Assembly (NCBI RefSeq): GCF_964355755.1
Contig: NC_092670.1
Span: 24,724,795 to 24,788,794 of the forward strand
Reading direction: 5' to 3'
Length of the DNA stretch: 64,000 bases
Origin: Antedon mediterranea
Lineage: Eukaryota > Animalia > Echinodermata
Made by a program: the position numbers and the translations under genes. The notes beneath the pieces were generated by a model. That model was not told the DNA's origin, did not search any database, and saw only the letters and a list, made by a program, of their open reading frames with translations. Below are positions 55,667 through 64,000 of the stretch, one piece after another; positions within the stretch are counted from its first letter, which is position 1; each line of letters opens with the position of its first letter.

Positions 55667-58458
55667 TAATTTGTTGCCTAATAATTCAACTAACACAATT
55701 TTTGTAGTTCTTTGCAAATAAAAATAAATCCAATAGAATATTTTGTAAATTAATTATCCATCATATATGAGGGTTGAGGTCGAATAAGTGATTTTTGTTT
55801 GTACCGATTTTGTTTAAGTCTAAATTAAGGACTTTAATTAGCGGGGTAAGGATGTTGCCAAATAAGGAAGTATGTGAAAGCTTTTCAAACATATGCAAAT
55901 GAGCAAAATAAATAACTAAATTTTGGTGTTAAAATGTTATGCTGTGGTAAATACTGTAAATGTCATATAGATCTTTGACCCTTGACATTTCTATGACCCT
56001 ATCAATGATTGATTATCTTTTTATTATAGATTTTTTGCTATAAATTTAAAGCAAATTCTTGCTTATAGTGCGTACTGTTAGAATGCTTTTATTTCCGTAA
56101 TCTAATATAATAAATTAGCGTTTTATATATATATATTTTTTATTTATTTTTTATTTGCTTTCGGGAATTTAAAAAGATTTAAAATGTCAATAGAGTCGAT
56201 ATACACTTGCCATGTGTTCAAAAGATCTGTGACCAACGTTGGACCAAATGCCAGCCTAATCTAAAAGGTCTAAAAGAAAGTGACTTACATGCCAAGGGTG
56301 TTTGACTTTTTCTATAATAAAATACTAATGAATATATACAATTTTTTACAAATTGGCGAATGTATTTTACCCTGAATCCAGCCAATTTTATTTTTAATTT
56401 GTTAATTGTGTAATGATTACATCACATACAACTGTTTTTTAAAATGTTTTATGTAGTTACTGAATTGCACATTATATTGTTACGATCAGATTGTTGTTAT
56501 GCATCGTTACACCCGCAAGATCTTGTTTTAAACGGCCATTCTAATATCGTTATTAGATGTGTTATGTCAACCTGTCGAGGAGACTGGCCTAAACATAATA
56601 AAATGTGTATAGCAACATGACGAACAGTTCACCCAATAGCCAAAGATAGCCAACGATTAGTGTGTAGCATATATATTTTGGATATCAGGTTTAATTAATT
56701 AATATTAATTACTAATTTAGGTTTCTAACATTTCTCAAAATAATGTAGATAATTCTAACATAAGATAATGAACATTGACATATAAGTAGTATTGATTCAT
56801 TATGATTATGAGGTCATATATTTTTTATTTGTGATAATTTTTGTTTTGGTAGACAAAAGAGCCGTTGCACTTATAAAATAGTTGATATATATTCTTCCAT
56901 TTTGGTTTTATTTTTTACAAATTCCATGCGATAATTTAATCTAGTTGAACAAAAAAAATAAGGAAAAAAAATGGTATTATTTAACAAAATTCAATTCCGT
57001 GTATATTATTACAATTGAGACAAGTGTAGATGCTGTACTTGTTAATAGATTGGAGTAAATTCATTAGTAATGCTAACAATTCTCACTTTTATTGATAATA
57101 CATTTTTCATATTAACAAGTTTCACCAATTAATCTTTTGAAAACACCATGTGTTTTTGTTTGCTCAAAAACTACAGCTTTAGAAAAAGTTTTCTAACAAC
57201 ACATCAATAATGAATAAAACGATATTAAATAATGCGAGGGCGCTATTTGTAAATTAATTAGCAGTAAACATGAGAATTAACATTTTGTTCGTTCCTGTTG
57301 CATAGTATAATACTATATTCATTTTGTACATCATTTTGTTGCGGTTGCTTTTCATTTTTTGCACTATTACGTTTTGTGTTTGTTAGCCGTTTGTAGTCTG
57401 CCGTGTCAATTGCAAACAATATTTTGATTTGTATTTTGATGTATGTTCTGATCAGGCAAAATTAAAATTCTCAAAATGTATTAATTCATACGAATTACAA
57501 TTTCATGAATATTCATTACAATGTATTTGCATATCTGTGAATAATCATCAACGTGTCATGCATTATTTATGTCGTGCATATTATTCATAAGTAATGTTTT
57601 ATTATTGAAAGCCCGCCCTCAATCCAGGTTAGCTCAAAGTAGCAAAGAATGTTGAGCAATAAACAAGAGTTAATTAATATTGTCATATAGGCCTACATTA
57701 ATGCTTATTAAATACTTGCTAAGAGAAAAATGCTAAAAACTACTGTGTCAATTTATTAATTATAAACCAACTTATATTGCAGTTACTACTTAACTTAGAA
57801 ACTTCAGCTGCTGTATGTTGAATGTTTTCTTCCACACCAAAGTGCATTTCACTGAGAAACGTGTAGGCGGAGAAAGTTACAAACATCTGTGACGTAACAT
57901 AGGTATTTTGCATAAATTCCAGATGTCCTTTTGTCATTGAGTGCGGTAACCATTTTAGATACGGACATACAGCTTCCTTTCTCTTCACCATGATACAAGA
58001 CAAACTATGTACGTTTAACTGCCTGTATTGAATTGACATTTAAATTTAATCACAAGCGATACATTATTCGAACTGTCTCCTGTCATTGGTCAACTGCCTT
58101 GCGTTGCGTCTACGTCCTTGCGCTGCGTCTCTGGTGTATAAATGAAGCTTAAATACTGGCAACAACAAAAAAGTGCGTTATATTTCAATACGAAGGTTGA
58201 ACTTTGAACCCACCGTTAAACTGAGGAAGAAAATAGTATTAGAAAATTTATTTTAACAATACATTATATATGAATATTATCATACCGTGAAGTAAAAGCG
58301 TCGTATAATTAATAGTTATGTTTACATTATCTAGCCTAAGACAATAAACGAAACTTGAGTATGGTTTACTTATAGGCCAAATAAATAATCTCTGCTTAAA
58401 CAACAAGTTATTCATTTCACTCGGAACAATCCTGAATCATGCACTAAATTCGACGGCA

Positions 58459-61333
58459 ACGCGTCCAATCGTGGAGTTTCAGTGCATAAACACAACGCCA
58501 CTGACGCGTCCAATCGTGGGGTTTTAGTGCATACACAACACCACTGACGCGTCTAATCTTGGGGGTTCAGTGCATACACAACACCACTGACGCGTCTAAT
58601 CGTGGGGGTTCAGTACATAGACACAACGACACTGATGCGCGTGCAATCGTGGGGTTTTAGTGCATACACAACACCACTGACGCGTCTAATCGTGGGGTTT
58701 CAGTTCATACACACAACGCCACTGATGCGTCTAATCGTGGGGTTTTAGTGCATACACAACACCACTGACGCGTCTAATCGTGGGGTTTTAGTGCATACAC
58801 AACACCACTGACGCGTCTAATCGTGGGGTTTCAGTGCATACACACAACGCCACTGGTGCGTCTAATCGTGGGGTTTCAGTACACACGCAACGCCACTGAC
58901 GCGTCCAATCGTGGGGTTTTAGTGCATACACAACACCACTGACGCGTCTAATCGTGGGGTTTCAGTGCATACACACAACGCCACTGGTGCGTCTAATCGT
59001 GGGGTTTCAGTGCACACGCAACGCCACTGACGCGTCCAATCGTGGGGTTTTAGTGCATACACAACACCACTGACGCGTCTAATCGTGGGGTTTCAGTGCA
59101 TACACAACACCACTGACGCGTCTAATCGTGGGGTTTCAGTGCATACACACAACGCCACTGGTGCGTCTAATCGTGGGGTTTCAGTGCACACGCAACGCCA
59201 CTGACCCATCCAATCGTGGGGTTTCAGTGCATACACAACACCACTGACGCGTCAAATCGTGGGGTTTTAGTGCATACACAACACCACTGACGCGTCTAAT
59301 CGTGGGGTTTCAGTGCATACACACAACGCCACTGGTGCGTCTAATCGTGGGGTTTCAGTGCACACGCAACGCCACTGACGCGTCCAATCGTGGGGTTTTA
59401 GTGCATACACAACACCACTGACGCGTCTAATCGTGGGGTTTCAGTGCATACACAACACCACTGACGCGTCTAATCGTGGGGTTTCAGTGCATACACACAA
59501 CGCCACTGGTGCGTCTAATCGTGGGGTTTCAGTGCACACGCAACGCCACTGACCCATCCAATCGTGGGGTTTCAGTGCATACACAACACCACTGACGCGT
59601 CAAATCGTGGGGTTTTAGTGCATACACAACACCACTGACGCGTCTAATCGTGGGGTTTCAGTGCATACACACAACGCCACTGGTGCGTCTAATCGTGGGG
59701 TTTCAGTGCACACGCAACGCCACTGACGCGTCCAATCGTGGGGTTTTAGTGCATACACAACACCACTGACGCGTCTAATCGTGGGGTTTCAGTGCATACA
59801 CACAACGCCACTGGTGCGTCTAATCGTGGGGTTTCAGTGCACACGCAACGCCACTGACGCGTCCAATCGTGGGGTTTTAGTGCATACACAACACCACTGA
59901 CGCGTCTAATCGTGGGGTTTCAGTGCATACACAACACCACTGACGCGTCTAATCGTGGGGTTTCAGTGCATACACACAACGCCACTGGTGCGTCTAATCG
60001 TGGGGTTTCAGTGCACACGCAACGCCACTGACCCATCCAATCGTGGGGTTTCAGTGCATACACAACACCACTGACGCGTCAAATCGTGGGGTTCAGTACA
60101 TACAATGCCACTGATGTGTCTAATCGTCATATTTCAGTGCACACGGAACGCCACTGACGCGTCCAAACGTCGTATTTCGGTGCACATGCAACGCCACTGA
60201 CGCGTCTAATCATCAGAGATCAGTTCACACGCAACGCCACTGACGACGCGTCTAATCGAATTGTATTTCGGTGCACACGCAACGCCACTGACGCGTCTAA
60301 TCGTGGGGTTTCAGTGCATACACAAAACGCCACTGACGCGTCTAATCGTGGGGTTTCAGTGCATACACAACACCACTGACGCGTCTAATCGTGGGGTTTC
60401 AGTGCATACACAACACCACTGACGCGTCTAATCGTCAGGTTTCGGTCCACACGCAACGCTACTGACGCGTCTAATCGTGCGGTTTCAGTGCATACAATGC
60501 CACTGATGTGTCAATTAGTCATATTTCAGTGCACACGCAATGCCACTGACGCGTCCAATCGTGGGGTTTTGGTGCATACACAACACCACTGACGCGTCTA
60601 ATCGTGGGGTTTCAGTTCATACACACAACGCCACTGATGCGTCTAATCGTGGGGTTTCAGTGCACACGCAACGCCACTGACGCGTCCAATCGTGGAGTTT
60701 TAGTGCATACACAACGCCACTGGTGCGTCTAATCGTGGGGTTTCAGTGCACACGCAACGCCACTGACCCATCCAATCGTGGGGTTTCAGTGCATACACAA
60801 CACCACTGACGCGTCAAATTGTGGGGTTCAGTACATACAATGCCACTGATGTGTCTAATCGTCATATTTCAGTGCACACGGAACGCCACTGACGCGTCCA
60901 AACGTCGTATTTCGGTGCACATGCAACGCCACTGACGCGTCTAATCGTGGGCTTTCAGTGCATACACAAAACGCCACTGACGCGTCTAATCGTGGGGTTT
61001 CAGTGCATACACAACACCACTGACGCGTCTAATCGTGGGGTTTCAGTGCATACACAACACCACTGACGCGTCTAATCGTCAGGTTTCGGTCCACACGCAA
61101 CGCTACTGACGCGTCTAATCGTGCGGTTTCAGTGCATACAATGCCACTGATGTGTCAATTAGTCATATTTCAGTGCACAGGCAATGCCACTGACGCGTTC
61201 AAACGTCGTATTTCGGTGCACATGCAACGCCTCTGACGCGTCTAAACGTCAGGTTTGAGTGCACACTCAACACCACTGACGCGTCTAATCGTCAAGTTTT
61301 AGTGGATCGGACACACAACGCCACTGATGCGTG
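58459..61333. repeat. CpG-rich 41-45-bp satellite array (consensus CCACTGACGCGTCTAATCGTGGGGTTTCAGTGCATACACAACA), about 66 monomers with higher-order structure
   Basis: Head-to-tail monomers; diagnostic variants recur at 131-, 348- and 479-bp intervals. Confidence 0.97.
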
Positions 61334-64000
61334 TTTAATCTTCGGTTTAAGGAATTCAAGTCAATTTTAAACTGAAAAATACAATAATAAATATATCATT
61401 ATCAATCATTGCGTTAGACGTTTTGACGTCATGAAGGCTTTACTGTGTGTGATGCTGTTCGGTTTTCTTTATTTTCGTAATTTTAAGCTCACCAGCAGAC
61501 AACACCTACAGTTTTTAAAATGAAAACACTCTATCAAAAAAATAATAAATTGAAAACCGCCGCATCATAAAAACCTATGCATGCATGGTACAATAAATGG
61601 AAGAGTTTTCTAAATACAATACGTATGCCAACGTTTTGCATGCTTGCAGATTATTTCTGATCGACCGTGCATGTTGTTGTAAATAAGTCAAAATGATGCC
61701 TTGCAATCTCAACAACTTATTGAAATAAGAGCAAAATAATGAAATTTATATTATATCAAATAAAATAGGCCTACCAAAATTCAACAGTTATGACATTTGT
61801 GAAGATTAACAATGATATATTATAATTGATAGACAGTTGATATTTAAGTCCAATTTCGATATATTCTCTTGTGTCAACCCATTGTAAACCTATTTGTATA
61901 AGTTGTTTATATTACTGTATACTTTTATTTTTAAGTATTTTCATTGTCAAAACTAGGCCTATTATACTTAAATAAACCATGTGTTAACCCTTCAGCCAGA
62001 TCTTAGGCATAGAGGTTTAGTTTTCGGCTTAACGAATAGCATACACTACCGTATCATCTCATCGATTTACGGCCTAAATCTAAATTTAATTATCCCACGT
62101 TATACATAATGTCAGGCTAACTTAAAGAAAAGAAGCATCAAAAGCATTGCTAGTTTGTTATCTTCTGTGATTTATAACCATTACATTGAACTAAATAAAT
62201 ATACATTAAAGTTGTATGCCTACTTAGCGATTTCAGTTTCGCTACTACGAACGAAACGAATAAAAAGTAACAACTCTACCGCCAACTAACTGTAAGAAAC
62301 TGCGCATGTGTGAATAATTGGACTCCTCCATTTCAATAATCAGTCTGAAAACGTAAATATCAAATGTTGATTGAACAAACCAACGTTGACTATTTCGTTG
62401 TACAGTAGATAGTAGTCGAAGCAATTCATCCCGCCGCCGTATAAAGGTGTTCAGACGTAAAAATGACCCACAGTATATGAAATTAGCAGGAATTGGTGCT
62501 AAGTGTCTTGGCAAGTAAGTACCATAATTCTTAGATCATTTTCTATAAACAAACTTGATATCTTTAATAGGAAATTAAAAATAGTAAATAAAACAAACTG
62601 TTAATTAACATACTATGTATTTGCAAGTCATGGCTATAGGCTACTATTTTACTCGCAGTTCTCAGAGAAAAAAATTATCTTATTGTCCGTGGAATAAGTT
62701 ATTACTATCTGTTATTTGCGATATAGACTAAACGTCGGGACTTAGATACGCACGTTAGACACCGAAGATTATTACCGCCGATGAAACTATGGTTATGTGG
62801 CGAAGATCCAATATTTACTCTAAAAAATGAAAAATATACATGCATTTCTATGGCCTAACATAATCTCTTATCTCAAGCTTCTTCCCCTCCTCTCTCCACA
62901 TTGTGGGATTTAAGCATATTGCCGGTACACATTAATTTATAACGTTCCTGGAGATCAAAGTCCAATATGTCACTCCATTCCCATTTTAAACAACAGATGT
63001 TACTACTGTATTACTAATATTGCCCCTTGTAGTTCCAACAAAGAAATAGTGTTGTTTGAAAGTTTCTCTCTGGTTGTGTTTACTTTATCGTTTAAGTAAT
63101 CTGAGATAGAGCAAACCTATTGGTTTTGACTTTGCCTTTGAGTTAACATATATAAAAATACATATAAAATAAATTTGAACTAGGACATATTATGTTGGCG
63201 CTTGTACATAGGCCTAACATTAACAATATACAGTGGGCCTACATCGCTAAAAGAATATCTTTCAAAAGTAAACAAACTATAGCAACAAAACTAAAATCCG
63301 AAAGATGTACTTTCATAATTAGTTTGGTATGAAAATACACTGGCCTACCATTAGCAAAACCAAATACACCCAGGATATAAATCGTTTTCGTACTTCTATA
63401 TAATGTTTCTGAATGAATGCGTGTTGAAGGTTGTAGAGCAAAAAGTGCATTTTTATATACATAGGCCTATTTATGTTTCGGTTTACATGAATAGGCCTAC
63501 CAATTAATGATTGTACTAATCGATTTACCAGGCGAATAAATACACACGACAAGGAAATACAGACATAATAATCCGTTCGGAACACTCAATTAAAGTTGTG
63601 GTTTGAAAAAATTCCCGATCTAAAATGTTGGCCTCCATTTTGATCATTATTCGTTTGCTCACAATGTCTGTTTCCTTATTATTTTCCTTTGGATCATAAT
63701 ACTATCTATATTTAAACAAATATTATTCGGGATCCAAATGAATTTATTTACAAGAAATCCTCGTAAATGTTTGCGCCCACTACTAGGATGATCGTTAATA
63801 TTTTGTATGGATTTATAACGTGGATATTGCCTGCTAATATATAATTCTGTCACGAATTGATCGAGTGTAGGCCTAGCCTGGCATCAGTTACACGTGCTAA
63901 TTGAGTCTAATGTATCATTTTAATTGAGCTTGGTAATTAGGAGCAAGATTTAATGTATGGTTTCTTACTTTAAATCACGTAATATCTATATAGGATGCCT

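Noticed and set aside
58459-61333. CRISPR-like array (palindromic repeat with variable interior)
   Set aside because: No unique spacers, monomers are head-to-tail and recur in blocks, no cas genes, eukaryotic context
58459-61333. Hammerhead ribozyme or V(D)J RSS motifs in the satellite
   Set aside because: CTGACGC is not CUGANGA and GAAA lies on the other strand; no CACAGTG heptamer with a properly spaced nonamer

Overview
AT-rich, intron-rich eukaryotic (metazoan) genomic DNA; HYR-repeat genes and frequent TAGGCCTA words suggest an invertebrate deuterostome such as an echinoderm (inference only). I assembled two complete + strand genes by hand from splice sites and reading phase. (1) 2314-10117: a 10-exon, ~677-aa type I membrane protein (signal peptide, 6 HYR/hyalin repeats, EGF, TM, Cys-rich and basic tail). 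(2) 12522-55666: a 39-exon, ~1957-aa non-muscle myosin II heavy chain (MYH9/10/zipper class) containing one U12-type intron. The first 78 nt look like the end of another HYR gene. Introns hold an internally deleted LINE, an L2 tail, several MITE families, a SINE head, a hammerhead-ribozyme-like Penelope remnant and minisatellites, and a 2.9-kb CpG-rich 43-bp satellite lies downstream of the myosin. The most interesting signals are a set of in-frame candidate microexons in the myosin loop-1 intron, an antisense hammerhead core, a duplicated in-frame acceptor that would truncate the myosin tail, CArG boxes carried by a MITE family, and G-U-compatible stem variation in the satellite. No CRISPR array or prokaryotic system is present.
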